In this document: positions 1 to 12,338 of the stretch, piece after piece | How positions within the stretch are numbered: the stretch's first letter is position 1 | Layout: every line of letters starts with the position of its first letter | Assembly: GCA_951406725.2 (NCBI GenBank) | Contig: OX597814.1 | Span: 87,048,001 to 87,112,000 of the forward strand | DNA length: 64,000 nt | Direction of reading: 5' to 3' | From: Octopus vulgaris | Taxonomy: Eukaryota | Program-made: the position numbers and the translations under genes | The notes under the pieces: model-generated | Told to the model about the DNA's origin: nothing | Database searches by the model: none | The model's input: only the letters and a program-made list of their open reading frames with translations

Positions 1-960
1 TATCAAATATTGTGATTTGTGTGTATTCCTTCCGTAATAAAGAACCTGAAATTTTTATGTATTAAATTTTGTATTGCTTTTATCTGCTCATTGATAAATG
101 AGATTTAGCTCATTTTGGAGTGTGATAGTATCTTCTGGAGTTTGGATAGCCATCAGTATTTTTGTGTTATGAGTGTAACTCATTAGGTTGGCTAAGTAAC
201 TTATGATCCTATACCTGATAGAGTGATGGTAAATAATAATGGTCCAAGAACTGTTCTCTGAGTTATACCACTTATTACAGGTGACTTAGCTGAGAGAAAG
301 CCATTTACAGCAACAGATTGACTCCTACCATATAGAAAGTCAAAGAGCTAATCTCCAAGTTTTCCTGTGATATTAAGATCCTTTAACTTATGATAAATGA
401 TTACATGATGAATTTTGTCAAATACCTTAGCAAAATCAAGGTATACATAGTCAGTGTCCTTTCCTCACAAAAGATTACTGAGAATAGTGTTATGGTGCTG
501 TAATAGTTGTGAAAGGCAACTTCGTTCAGTCCACAAACCATGCTGGGTGTCATCTAAGAGGTTGTTTTCTTCAAGGCATGCAAGTATTCTTTTCCAGACA
601 ATGTGTTCAATAACTTGTGATGTATGAGATGTGAGAGAAATAGGTCTATAGTTTTTAGCTTCAGCTCTGCTGCTTCCTTTGTGTATAGGTGTTGCTATTG
701 AATATTAGAGTAGTTCAGGAAATATGCCGGAATCAAGCAACTTTTGAAATGTTATCTTTAATGTTTTGTGAGGCTGTTTTTGCACTTTTTCAACAGTATG
801 GCTGGGAGACCATCTGGTTCATATGCTGAGTTTGAATCTAGGTCATTAATAGCTGAAAGTATATAATCTTCCATTTATATCATCAATTTTTAAATGTGTC
901 TCTGTAGTTGATTTCTGGGGATCAAAGAATTTGTTTGGCTTATATACTATTTTGTAAGCT
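1..960 (-). mobile_element. Decayed CR1/L2-group LINE reverse transcriptase fragment
   Basis: Minus-strand motifs KNYRPISLTSH, QHG..RSCLSQLL, YVYLDFAKVFDKI, SGITQRTVLGPLLF, with stops and frameshifts. Confidence 0.85.
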
Positions 961-1578
961 ATAGGTTGAGAAAATGCACTATTAATTCTCCATTATCCCA
1001 ATTAGATTAAGCTACATGAAACTTGTACACATAAAATTTATCAGATACAGAACAATGTTAATAAACAAAGTTTCTGTTGGGTATGTAAAGGCCATATTTC
1101 TTTAAACTACACTCTCATGAACACATCATATGAAATCACCTTTAGATAGTCTTTATGTAACTATTTGTTCCAATCCAAAATCTATCAACCCAAGAAATGG
1201 CATTTTGAAATTGGTTTTCAAAAGTTACCAAGGTTGGAGGTACTATAAATTTTCAAAGATCCACCAACCATAAGATCTTCCAATTCATAAAGGCTTCAAA
1301 AAATTTAACAAAAGAAACATTGAATGATTCTTCATCTTCTTTCTTTGTTCTTTTCTTCTTATATATAAGGGATATGAGATACCTTTTTTTAAAATTTGAC
1401 ATGGCCTTCTAGGTTCACATGGATGCTTAAATTGATTAACAAAGTAAATGAAATAAACAATATAGTGAACCAAATTTTAATAATTTGGCATTCATCTGTA
1501 CCAATAAGTCATTAGCACCTAATTGCAGTTCTTATCAAAACGGGCAATGAAATGATATCTGAAATTCAAATTAATTAA

Positions 1579-1793
1579 CCCTTTTGATACCAACCTGCCT
1601 GAGATTGCCTTTGATATCTATGATACAAAATTTATGTTTTAACATGATTTAAATTTCCATCAATTTTTATGCTAATTTATGTACCAATCACTAATTTAAT
1701 AATGACAAAGACACTTTATGAAACTCTTCAGTATTTTCATAATTAATTGAAACAGAGATTGTGTATTTCAGCAGAAATGTAGTAACAAAAGGG
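1579..1793. mobile_element. piggyBac-type MITE
   Basis: TTAA|CCCTTTTGATAC ... GTAACAAAAGGG|TTCA terminal inverted repeats. Confidence 0.65.
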
Positions 1794-4700
1794 TTCAAAA
1801 TTGAATGGGGATATGCAGTGTGGAGTGAGTCTGTTCTTTAGTACATATGGTGACAGCTTTGGGACATGCTTCAGTCCTATTAGATCTTGTTATCATAGCC
1901 CGTTAGACACCAAATCCCAGAATGACTCAAAAAGATGTAGATTTGAATGAAAAGTATTCAATGAGTTGGTGCTAATCTATAAAACAATGGTACTGGAAAA
2001 TTTCCTGAGATGTCTTCTACATAGGGGACATGTAGTCAAGAGTAGGAAAATGTACCTAATGTAAAGAGGTAAAACAATTTTTGATTGACTAAAATTACAC
2101 TAGTAATGAATGATTATTAGTATTAATAACTAATTCTTTGTCAAGAAGAACAAATGAGAATTTTGAAATATCTGGGAACTTTTCCAATATCATTATTGAA
2201 ATTACTTTATCAGTGAATATTATTCATTCAGAAACTATATCCTCACAAGTAATTGCTTATCTGGTAAATATGTATTAGACTAAAGAGGTCTAACAAAACT
2301 GAAATATGTCTGGAGTTATGCTCACCAGTGATTGGAAAATGAGAGTTACTAATCTTATAGTCTCTAATCAATTTTAATTTCAAAATTCTCTCACTTCCTT
2401 CTTGATAAGAAATGTCATTACCATTTGTAAGTTTTTTTAAATTCTGAATCTAATTTGATTAAAAATTATTTTTGGCTCTCTACTTGAAGCATGTAAGCCC
2501 ATATACTTAACTGTATGTTCTTCATGAAGAAGGTATCCATGAAAAAATTTCCTGTGTAGAATACTGCAATATCTACAGCATGACCTCAATTCAATATCTT
2601 AAAGTAGAAAAAAAAAGTGTTATCTTATTATTTTCATTAGAAAACACAAGAGTTTTACACCTTTGCATATATTTCTTTAATAATCCGACTTTATGGTGTC
2701 TATGATAACAAGCAACAGATTTTGCAGTGAATAGTAATACTATGGAATGCAAATTAGATTTCTACTGGAACTGACAAAAGATGAGTTTAGTGTAGTTTGA
2801 TTATATTTCTGTACATTCATAAGTATAACTGGCATAAGGCAGCATTGACTATAGTTTTAACTGCAATGTAGTTTGTCCTGTTACCATAAGATTTGTTATA
2901 ATTAAGATATTTGTTATCAAAATGGAGATAGGTCTTGATAAAAATAAAAGTTTTTGTTTTTTTATCAGTTGTGGTAATTAGCTGTAGTTAAGAGGTCCTA
3001 GTTTGCTGTACAACAGATTTCATGCCAGGTAATGGAAACAGGCACATTTTACATATAAAGCTCCATTAAGACACAACTCCACTTCAATTTTGTATAGAAG
3101 ATCAATGGATATAGATATATATGTTCAATGGTGAAGACAGTGTATTTAGACAGAAAGTATACATGTCTGCTTGTATTCAATTTATACCATAACTAAAAAA
3201 AAGACTCGAATAATTTGAGTGTATAGATTATCATTTTTCATGAATTAATTCATTTGTTTTTGTTGTTGGTTTTGTTATGTATGTCAAACAGATACCAAGT
3301 CATTTTAATTAGGTTGTTATTTGTATTTGATTTCAGTACAGAATAAATTAGGTGTTGTATGTCAATTAGTTGGAATAGAATGTTAGGAATGTAAGCCTTA
3401 CAAAATAAAAACTTGTAAGTAAGTCACCAGCTAAAATTTAAAATCAATGAGAAAAAACATCCAACAACAGTAAATTTAATAAACATTCGAATTTTTATTT
3501 AGGACAAAATTAAAAACTGCCATCTTTTTATAAAACAAGTCTAAAAATTGAAACAGATCTTTCTTTTGAGTAATAATTTCGGCTGAAGGCATGATACATA
3601 TCTGAAGTGTAATAGCTCCAACTAGGATGGTATCTTGATTCGTTGGGTGCTTTTTGTCATATCATAGTACTTGCATATAATCACACGCACACACACACAC
3701 ATCTTTGGCCATTGAGTGAACACAGAACTTGGTGATTCTATAGAAGCATCTATAGGATTTTGTCGGAAAGGGTACACTGGAGCAGCTTCCTGTTGCTCTT
3801 TCAATGTAGAATAAGGTCTAAGTATGTTTTCACAACAGCTGTACCTATATTGATGACTAGATGAACTGAGACACTTAGAATGAAAATGTTTTACTCCAAG
3901 ACACATGGAAATATAGTGTAGATATAAAAACAGTCAATGAACTTGTACATCAAAAAACTATCTGTTCAACTATTTTGCCTTATTATTATTGGCTGTTCAA
4001 ATACAGCATAGCAAACAGGATATTTATTTGAAGGTGCTACAACAGAGAAAGTTGAAGTAAAAAAATAAAACAAAAAATACTTAACGATGACAAACAAAAA
4101 TATAATTATTATTTTAAATATAGAATGACAGATCCAGTTGCTGAGAGGTTAGACTTGCTAAATTTTGAGGTTTGGGTCAGTAGATTGAACCCCTAAGTCT
4201 ACATCCCTAAGATTTCATCCTTAAATAATATCTCATTTTAAATGCAATCATAGCTAAGATAATCTGAATAATTATGATTAGTTAACAGCACTACAATGAT
4301 TAAGTTTGCTACATTTAGAAAGTATAGTTTCAGGAGAATTCTTAGGTAACATATGACACTATCAACTTTTGCAGGAATTAAGATTTTCTTAAATGGATTC
4401 ATTCCTGAGAAGGTTAATTGATACATTTTTTATTAAAAAAAAAAAATCAAACTCTTTTACATTCATTTTTAAGGCCCATGCCAGCATAGGTGGAATGGTT
4501 TGACTGTTAGAGCAATTGTCTTTTACAGCCACATGACCTTCTTTTTGCTCAAGCATGAAGTCTGAACAAAATCTATTGTTTGTACATTCAGGAAAATAAA
4601 AATAAAAACCATAGTTCAAGAGTCTTTTGCTGGGGTTGTACTAAACAATTGTTGTTCTTAGATTGAAATTATGGCTTTGTGATCAGAAGATCAATACCCT

Positions 4701-4889
4701 GTGTTGTAGCCATTGTTTCATATTTGACTGGTACTAAAAAGAGGATTCCAAATTAATCACCACCAATTCCCAGAGCAAAATTTGATCAAGATGTTATCTC
4801 TTGACTTCAGTGTCTTGACAGAAGCAGGCAACACACATGATCAGTTACAAAATTTAAGTCATCAATAAACACAACACAAATTACTGTTG

Positions 4890-5390
4890 ATACCAAACAA
4901 CTTAATCAATTAGATTAAAATCTCACCTTAGTAATTAATAATCTATATATGCAATTGAACTCAGATCATAATTCAGATAATAATTAGAACATTTTAGCTA
5001 TCAGAGTAAAATCTCAATACTAAATAAATGGACTTTAATCTCAACCAAAGTACTTAATAGTTATTTGGACAAAGGCAATAGTAATCTCAACCAAAGTACT
5101 TAATAGTTATCTAGACTAGGTCACTTAGTTAAGACACAAATTAGAAATTATAGTTACTTGGATTAAAGTCTTTATTAAGTCCCTAATTATCACCATAATT
5201 TTAATTTCTTAATTATCCTTATATCATCATCTTGATTAAAATTTCAAATAAGTTACTAATTAAGACTGTATAATTACTCCTACTGTGTCTCTAATGCAAA
5301 AGTTAACTGGATTAAGATCTCAATTAAGTCTGTAAATTAATCCAACACAGTTACTTGGATTAAAGAATAAACTAGGTCATTAAGTAACAT
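4890..5390. repeat. Degenerate AT-rich minisatellite
   Basis: aatctcaaccaaagtacttaatagttat repeated at 46-bp spacing (5037, 5083). Recurrent agttacttggattaaa motifs. Confidence 0.55.
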
Positions 5391-5911
5391 TATATATTTA
5401 AAGGGTCAACAGTTTCAGACATAAAGTAATTCCCTACACTTTACAATTTTCTGTGTAACACGACTTTGTTCTAAGCACTGGTAGTAGGTTTTGTTGCCTT
5501 AAAGTTGTCAGGTAGTTTTAATTCCTGGATGTAGCCATCTTACATCACTATACTAAGGGTAATTTAGTCTCCTACATGTCATATTCTTAAATACATGCCT
5601 TGCATCAATAGATGAAATCATTAAGACATTTATACAACTTACCTGGTTATTAAATAATATTTAATATTCATAGACATCATGTAATGTCAGGTGTAATGAA
5701 GAGAAGAATTTAAAGGAAGAAAATCAGAGAAAATAAAACAAAACTGATGCTTGTAAGAATGATAAAGCCTAAAGATTTGTGAAGATACCTCTAACAGAGG
5801 ATATTTGGAAAACGACTGTGCCATACTTTTAAATCTATGGTTTGAGTAGACAATACAACTAAATGAACCTAGTATAATAGTTAGAAGATTGTTTTAAAGG
5901 TCATCTGAAAG

Positions 5912-6138
5912 TTATTGATTAACTGAAGGAAAGATGTATTTCATAGCTGTTCTCTCTTCACTTGTAATATCTGGATGCCAAAAGTCCAACATGAGCACTG
6001 CCCGGATGTCATCCTCTTTGTGTCCATAGTGAGCAGCAGTGTGTAGGTAGGAGTCATCAAACAAAAGGCAGTGACCAGTCTTCCAGCTGTGTGTTTCTTT
6101 AGATACAGTTAAACTGCAATTATTAGGCACGACAATAC
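5912..6138 (-). CDS. ASPHD1/2-like protein, coding exon 2 (last)
   Basis: Acceptor ttttttgtag| (6140-6139), phase 1, joins exon 1 to give RCHMG-IVVPNNC...WKTGHCLLFDDSYLHTAAH...RAVLMLDFWHPDITSEERTAMKYIF*. FDDSxxH and DxWHP are Asp_Arg_Hydrox motifs. Total 948 nt, 315 aa. Confidence 0.93.
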
Positions 6139-7859
6139 CTACAAAAAATTGAAAACATTATCACATATAAACTGCATTTACCAGGCACAAAATGCCATAC
6201 AAAAGGAATCCAAATCATCACAAACAAACTGTGGTTAACAGAGACAATATCTATAAATAAACATTGTAACAATTTACTTACAATATATATTTCTGAGATA
6301 AGTTGCTGCAAAATTCTATCTACATTACACTTCAGTCATTCTGCTTATTATCTAATCATCTTTACACACACAAATGTACACAATCTTTCTAATAACATAT
6401 TTTATGTGTTTCAGACCGGATCTTGAGGATCCTCTTTACTGGAAGCCTTGCAGTGATGTTAATATTTCAAAAAGCACTGGTTATAAGCAGAACAGATTAG
6501 TTTACAACTATGATCTTCTAACACTCCTCGACAAATATATTAACTAGAAAGGCTACAAAAGCCTTTCCATTACATTTTCACCAATAATATGAAAATAATA
6601 TCAAATAAATGTCTAAGTTACTTAGAATGACCCTAGACTGTGTCTTTATTTCTCAGAATGCAGCAGAGTGAGATATAGCATTGTTTATAATTGGTAGATT
6701 CTGGAGAATAATTTCATTATACAACATAAATTAAATCAAAAAACAGGAAGATATTGTTAACTTCTTAAGGTATCATCAACTGACAATCAAGTGAAAAACC
6801 TCTATAACAACAGTCTTGCCTGTGGCAGATCCTAGCTCTTTGCATGATTAAAGATTTACCAGCCATTTGTTATATCTTTAACCATTGGTATTTGTCTTGA
6901 AACACCGTCACTGTTTCTCAATGAATCACAAAATCACCTTCAAAACATTGCATGAAGGAAAAAATCTCAAGTTCAAACTCTACCTGGGGTAAACTGGGAG
7001 GATTTAAGAAATGTTGAAATACTGATTGCTGTAATGGAATGGTATCAGAGTAGGAGTCTCAGCATAAGTTATAGACACATCAGTTTATATTGTCAGTCTG
7101 TGTTTTTTATGTTCAGTATCTTTTCAAATTCTTTCTCCCTCATTCTTCAGCTCTTTCCCTTCTCTCTCAGTCTAACTTTCTTTCTCTCTTTCATGCTCAC
7201 ACAACACATTTACACTCATCTCTCTTAGATAACAATGTAAAAACTATACATATTGGAAAACTGTAGTAACTAAAATTCCTTATTTAAAAATCATATCTTT
7301 GAAATGTTAATATGCTGTTTCAAGTACCATGATAGGTAGAAAATAATTTATGCTTTGTTTCACATTTAAATTTGCTTATATTTGTGAAATATTCAGGTAC
7401 TATGTTCTGTGAACTACACTGTTAAAATTTTGTAATGCTTGAAATATATATAAATGCAAGTATAATTACATACAAAAAGAACTATAGAAAAGCTTACTAT
7501 CAGTTAATCTAATGAAACAAAAGTTTTTCTACTATGCAGTACCCAGACGATGTCAAGATGTCTCATTAGTCAGCTATAATCAGTGTAGAATAGATTCCAG
7601 CAACTCATTCATGTGTCAGCAACAAATGTACACATAAACCATGAAAAATCAGAAATAAAAACATAAACAATAAAACAAGTAAGAAACAATGATCTGGCAT
7701 AGTCATAACTCAAATATTCAGATTAATGTGAGTTAAAGGCATATTATCACTGCAACTATATAACTTGATATGATTTTAATAAAAATGTACGTATGTAGGT
7801 GTGTGTATATGTATGTGTGTGTGTTTGTATATGTGTATATATATATACATACATCTCTC

Positions 7860-8245
7860 AAAAAGGATGGGATATGTAGGAGTGGGAGCCCCAAGAAGAC
7901 ATGCGATGAAGTACTGAAGAACAACCTCAGGATGATGAACCTTTCAGGTGAGATGACAAAGCACTGAGTTGCCTGTCACCTTGCAGTACTCAAGAAGACC
8001 TGTACTCTGCAGCAGAAGTGTTAAGACCGGTCTTTTTGATGGTGCACAGCACTCATGGCAGTGCCATGTAAAAGCGCCTGTATGGCACATAAAAGTACCC
8101 AGCACACTCTGTAAAGCAGTAGGTGTTAGGAAAGGTATATGGCTGTAGAAACCATGGCAAATCAGACTGGAGTCTGGTGCAGCCCTCCAGCTTGCCAGCT
8201 TTGGTCAAACTGTCCAACCCATGCCAGAATGGACAACAGATTTTA
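7860..8245 (+). mobile_element. 5'-truncated RTE LINE (ORF2 tail + 3' UTR)
   Basis: Shares the 3' UTR (ttaggaagggcatccag...ccaacccatgccagcatgg) with 29595-31323. Confidence 0.75.
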
Positions 8246-8255
8246 AATGGTTATG

Positions 8256-8301
<46 letters not shown>

Positions 8302-8321
8302 TAAAAATATATATGTGTGTG

Positions 8322-8585
8322 AAGATGCATGGCCAAGTAGGTAGGGTGTTATGATGGCAAGATTGTGGTTTTAGTTCCTAGTCTGGGTGGTGCATTGTGT
8401 TCTTGAGCAAAACACTTCATCTTACATTGCTCTGCAATCACTTTGACACCTGACATGTAGTACACCATGCATCTGTTCAGGCAACATCGATTTGATGGAG
8501 AGAGAGTGAGCTAATGTACAACACATACATTTGATCACTATAAACAAATCATTTGTGCAGGTTGTTCGGCAAAAGCTGAACACTC
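8322..8585 (+). mobile_element. tRNA-derived SINE (family C, V/CORE-like centre)
   Basis: Degenerate A/B boxes followed by gtgttcttgagcaaaacactt. Related to 47417-47746 and ~35930-36015 (-). Confidence 0.6.
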
Positions 8586-9378
8586 ATATAAAATGTGTGT
8601 ATTAAACCTTTCTCTGTCATACACACAGATTAGAATTGTTGGATGGGTGGGGGTGGTTAATGTACTTGAAGTGGAAAGAGGGTTCACTTGTGAAGCAATC
8701 TTCTTATAGGTCTGTATATATGTGAAGCGTGTATGTTGTGTGTTTGTGTGCTAAGTGACATTAAAGCTGACTTCATTAAAATTTGATTATGATAGAATAC
8801 AAGACCAACACACACACATATATATATATGTGTATAGTAGATGCTTATATACATACATATTTATGGATGGTGCTTTTTGAAACTGGTCGAGGGGAAACTA
8901 CTTTGGTTGCTCCTATTCTCCAACATTAAAAAGTGTCAATATGTCAATGCATATATGCTTGACATTTTCCTTTTTCTCTTTCCCTCTCTTCTGTCACACT
9001 CTCTCCCTTTTGCTATTTATGCTTAATATATTTGTTCTATTCAACACTCACATTAATAATGTATTTTTATTTCTACTTCAATGAGTATTAGTATGTTTAC
9101 ATTTTCATGTAACATATACGTAGACTATAATTGAGTCATGGAACTTCTATAACCTTGATTTCTATGATACTGTTTCTTCCTATAGAAATGTAAAATTCAA
9201 TTATCTTTTAATCATTTTGTAAGGGTAGCTACATTCAACCAAATAAAGTCATTTTCATAGATTTTCCAATGAGGACTTACATGATTTCCACATTTCTATC
9301 TCATACTTAAGAAATTTATCTCTTTTGGGAGATCTTTCAATTATATATATTATACAATTATATTATATTATATAATAT

Positions 9379-9407
<29 letters not shown>

Positions 9408-9409
<2 letters not shown>

Positions 9410-9627
9410 AGGGGAGTTGATAAGTAAGTTCCCAGTCTTAAAGGTGTCGTGAAAGGCCTCGTTGGAGGCCCAACCTTCAGAGTTCTTTTACAGAGCTACA
9501 GAAAAACAGAAGGGCCACTGCAGTTAAGTGTGTGAATCTGAGAGGGGAATATGCTGAATAAAATCATAATTAATTGATCTACCTGTATTTTCTTTTATTC
9601 AAAGCCAAGAGCTTTTAGCACTCCCTG
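9408..9627 (+). mobile_element. Mariner-derived MITE (~210 bp), copy 1
   Basis: TA-flanked TIRs and a remnant of the transposase C-terminus (KCVNLRGEY). Homologous to 47123-47335 and 53431-53635. Confidence 0.8.
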
Positions 9628-9648
9628 ATATATATATATATATATATA

Positions 9649-11080
9649 CTAGCAGAAATACCTGGTGTTACTTGGGATTAAAATGGCATAATTTGTATAT
9701 ATATATATTACAGTTATGTTGAAACAGGTGATACAAGAAAGTGCAGCATTGACAACAAAACATTTGTGGAGTAAATTTTAAAGCTTTGCATAAATGACAA
9801 TTTGAGTTTAGCACACCAATTTGTAAAAAAACATCACTTTTATAAGAATGGGATGGATCATATCTGAAAGCAGCTCCAGGTGTTGTGAAGAATGAATTTG
9901 TACATGGTCTGTTTCTGTGAGCTATTCTATTGGACCTCCGTGTAATCTGGTGTGCTAAACATTGTTTTAATGATACAGCATTAAGTGCTGCAGCATGCTT
10001 TTGCTGATCTTGGGAAAGTCTCATCTCCCTTCTGCCTTGAGATTCCATTTGATATGCTGGTGCATGCCTTTGCTGATGCTGAGAAAGTTTCCTCTCCCTT
10101 CTCTCTTAAGACTGTATTTGACATGCTGCAGCATGTGTTTGGTGATCTTTGGAAAGTGTCAGGTCCCTTCTCTATTGAGACTCCATCTGATGTGCTGCAG
10201 CATGCCTTTGCTGATCTTGAGACACTCTCACTTTCAGTTTTCTGCATTCTTCCTTGCTTTATAGGTGTTTCTAGAGAGATTAGGTTTTTTTTCTTTGGTG
10301 TCAAATTTTTTTCAATATTTTAAACAAAAAATTATGAACATAGAAAAAAATATATATTAGTCTCTATTTTGTAAACAGTTGTACATATGTAGTATATCTA
10401 TATTTTTGTATGCAGTGTAAATTAACCAAATATAAACCAATTGTAAATAAGTTGCAACCTTCCAACTGCTGTGATAATTATGAACTGTTAATTGAATGGT
10501 AGATTTGTATTTTTATATACCTTAGATGGCTACCACTTATTTAGTCTAATGACTAAATTTTTCATGTTAGGCCACTGGTAATGGAAATTTCTAATATTTC
10601 TGATTACCCTTTGATATTAATTATTGATAATTTTTTGGATAATTTTCAAAACGAAAAAGCCGGCATATTTATTTACTGCTGACAGGGAGCTGCGCTTGTG
10701 CAGTAGATTTGAAAACTTAGAATGTATAAGCACGGGGCATATACTGGATTGACTCGTGTATATATATTTAATCTAAGGTGTACCTGCCGAAAAAGGCTTC
10801 GCCTAGCAAATTATTTTATTTGCTAAAAAAAGTCTGAAACCATTGGTTAAATGGTAAATGTTTTTATTTTTCATTCCCTTTGATATTTCATCTCTAATAG
10901 TGGTTCGGAATTTAACTGTCCTTTCTAGCATGATGGTAGTCCTATGATGGCTACCTCTTATGTGTTTAAATGTACACTGTATTTATATGAATAATATATA
11001 GTCTTTTGACTAAATTTTTCACGCTAGGCCACTGGTAATGGAAATTTCTAATATTTTCATTTACCCTTTGATATTATTAA
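9649..11080 (-). mobile_element. Internally deleted Helitron (N-terminal RepHel region)
   Basis: 3' CTAG (9649-9652) with adjacent imperfect hairpin. AAFRYDP...IGVLNSNCHLCKALKF...MFCC is the typical Helitron N-terminal Zn-binding region. Four 69-bp repeats. 5' boundary uncertain. Confidence 0.75.
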
Positions 11081-11097
11081 TTATATATATATATATA

Positions 11098-11190
11098 CTA
11101 GCAGTATCGCCCGGCGTTGCTCGGGTTTGTAAGGGAAATAACTATATAAGCATTTTTAGAGAGTTACTTCCCTTACATAACCCGAGCAAA
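11098..11190 (-). mobile_element. Non-autonomous Helitron 3' end
   Basis: CTAG at 11098-11101, GC hairpin cccggcgttgctcggg, and inverted repeat gtaagggaaataact/agttacttcccttac. Confidence 0.65.
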
Positions 11191-11191
11191 A

Positions 11192-11550
11192 GATGCTCGA
11201 CCTTTATTCTCTAGAAAAACGACGATGCCGTGGAGATCTCATTCTTGCTCACAACATCATAAGCAGAAAGTGTAACCTCTCGAAAGAGCTGTTCTTCACT
11301 CCTGCTCCAGAGCGTCGACTGCAACAATTTCATCTCAATCGAAGGAGAGGGGCTTTCTCCGTCCGGGTTGCGGATCCGTGGAATAAGCTGCCAGACGAGA
11401 TGGTGAAGATGCTGATGACCGCTCGGTTCAAAGTCTCCCTTAACCTCAAGTGGCCTGAACTCTTTACATGAACACCACCCTGTACATAACTCCATGTCCC
11501 CCTACATGGCCTTGCTTTTTGCTTTTTGAGCCAAAAAATTAACTAACTAA
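11192..11550 (+). mobile_element. CR1-group LINE 3' end
   Basis: LDLYSLEKRRCRGDLI...FSVRVADPWNKLP C-terminal motif, short UTR and (AACT)n tail. Confidence 0.82.
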
Positions 11551-11606
11551 CATATATATACGTACATATATATACATACATATATATATATATATACACA
11601 TACATA

Positions 11607-12165
11607 GGTTGACTCTAAGGCCTTTCAATTCTAATCCTTGTTCAGCTAGGTTCCTCACAGGCAAAGAACACAGGTACAAGATTTTCTGGGCAGGGAATAC
11701 TGACGGGGTCAGGGGCGTGGGTATACTTCTTGTGGAGAAATGGGTAGATAAGGTAATTGAGATAGAGTATGCGACAGAATACTTAAGATTAGATTAGTGC
11801 TTCATCATGGGTTAGCAACCATTATCTCGGCCTATGCCCCTCAGCCAGGACTACCACATGGATAGAAAGACCGATTCTATGACACCCTCTTGCAGACTAC
11901 CACATTGATGAATGACAGGAACCTTCTCTTTGTGGCTGGTGACTTCAATGGACATGTTGGACAACATACAGGGGCTTCCATGGCGTACATGGAGGCTACG
12001 GTTTTGGTTGCCACAATGTGGAGGGAACCAAGCTTCTGGAGTTCTGCGATGCAAATGATCTTATGGTTTGTAATACTAACTTTAGAAAACCTGCCAGTCA
12101 CCTACTGTTCTTGCAGACACACTAGCCAAATTGACTACTTCCTCACCAGAAAAAGAGAAAGATGG
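11607..12165 (+). mobile_element. RTE LINE apurinic-endonuclease fragment
   Basis: YKIFWAGN..GVGILL, IISAYAPQ, VAGDFNGHVG, SQIDYFL across frameshifts. Confidence 0.88.
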
Positions 12166-12171
12166 CTAACC

Positions 12172-12338
12172 CTAAAACAGATTGAAATGCAATAGATCGA
12201 TACTAGGGTTATAATTATGGGTGACATTTTCATTTGATACCGCTAGAAAAAATCCCATTTTCTGTAGCGGTGTCGTATGAAATTGTCACCCATAATTATA
12301 ACCCTAGTATCGATCTATTGCATTTCAATCTGTTTTAG
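12172..12338. repeat. Long near-perfect inverted repeat (~80-bp arms), part of a non-autonomous element reaching ~12645
   Basis: ctaaaacagattgaaatgcaatagatcgatactagggttataattatgggtgaca... and its reverse complement, separated by a few nt. The element end recurs at 13210-13275. Confidence 0.85.

Noticed and set aside
3622-3906. 94-aa minus-strand ORF
   Set aside because: No recognisable homology, includes a (GT)n run, and has no convincing splice context. No third gene could be supported in 1000-5900.
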